The position numbers and the translations under genes were made by a program. The notes below the pieces were generated by a model. The model ran no database searches. It saw only the letters and a list, made by a program, of their open reading frames with translations, and was not told the origin of the DNA. This document shows, one piece after another, positions 63,906 through 64,000 of a DNA stretch of 64,000 nt. Each line of letters opens with the position of its first letter. The stretch's first letter is position 1. The DNA is from Chthoniobacterales bacterium (GTDB taxonomy: Bacteria > Verrucomicrobiota > Verrucomicrobiia > Chthoniobacterales > UBA6821), in the NCBI GenBank assembly GCA_026461395.1, contig JAPJNA010000049.1, positions 69,538-133,537 of the forward strand, in the 5' to 3' direction.

Positions 63906-64000
63906 GTCTTATGTAGTTGATGGGGTGCTGATGGGGTATAAGTCCCTAATCAGCAATGAAGAACAGATATTCAAAAGGTGCGCACGTTTCTGAGGCCCGA

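Overview
The window is a 64-kb chromosomal segment that is GC-rich by eye and densely coded. The gene content is mostly housekeeping. My low-confidence guess, from gene content and Lys/Pro-rich protein tails, is a PVC/Verrucomicrobia-like genome.

Recognisable content, left to right:
- A LysR regulator and yggS.
- Three separate 2-oxoacid dehydrogenase gene sets, none with an E3 gene: an E1alpha/E1beta/E2 set at 3.2-6.5 kb, sucAB at 33.5-37.4 kb, and pdhABC at 59.9-63.7 kb.
- lgt.
- An LPS-precursor block (hldA-like kinase, gmhB, kdsB).
- phoH plus a 7TM-HD hydrolase.
- fabI, a Xer recombinase, purC, arfB and alaS.
- A four-gene ABC-2/GldG/DUF4340 operon.
- An Lrp regulator with an aminotransferase, then dnaX-ybaB.
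- An approximately 11.4-kb deoxyhexose cluster at 42.8-54.2 kb. It holds a DeoR regulator, a FucI/AraA-superfamily isomerase, a class II aldolase, a GH29 fucosidase, a rhamnulokinase-type FGGY kinase, a fused aldolase/SDR, and LutABC.
- One approximately 5.7-kb accessory patch at 54.2-59.85 kb. It holds two VapC-type toxin-antitoxin pairs, an antitoxin remnant, an alpha/beta hydrolase, a small membrane protein, and an AT-rich repeat-rich HNH nuclease gene.

I found no rRNA, tRNA, CRISPR array, transposase or integrase other than the Xer recombinase.

The most unusual signal is in the non-coding DNA:
- Family A is a 25-nt motif built from a doubled octamer. It forms approximately 145-bp inverted-repeat elements.
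- Family B is a TAGGCT-rich mosaic repeat.
- Several short perfect tandem repeats (7, 8, 13 and 17 nt) sit directly against start or stop codons.
- 5' leaders are generally G-poor, C/A-rich and lack Shine-Dalgarno sequences.

I cannot point to a clearly novel multi-gene system. The best candidates for follow-up are the repeat families, the composition of the fucose/rhamnose cluster, the accessory patch, and the histone-like tail on PdhA.
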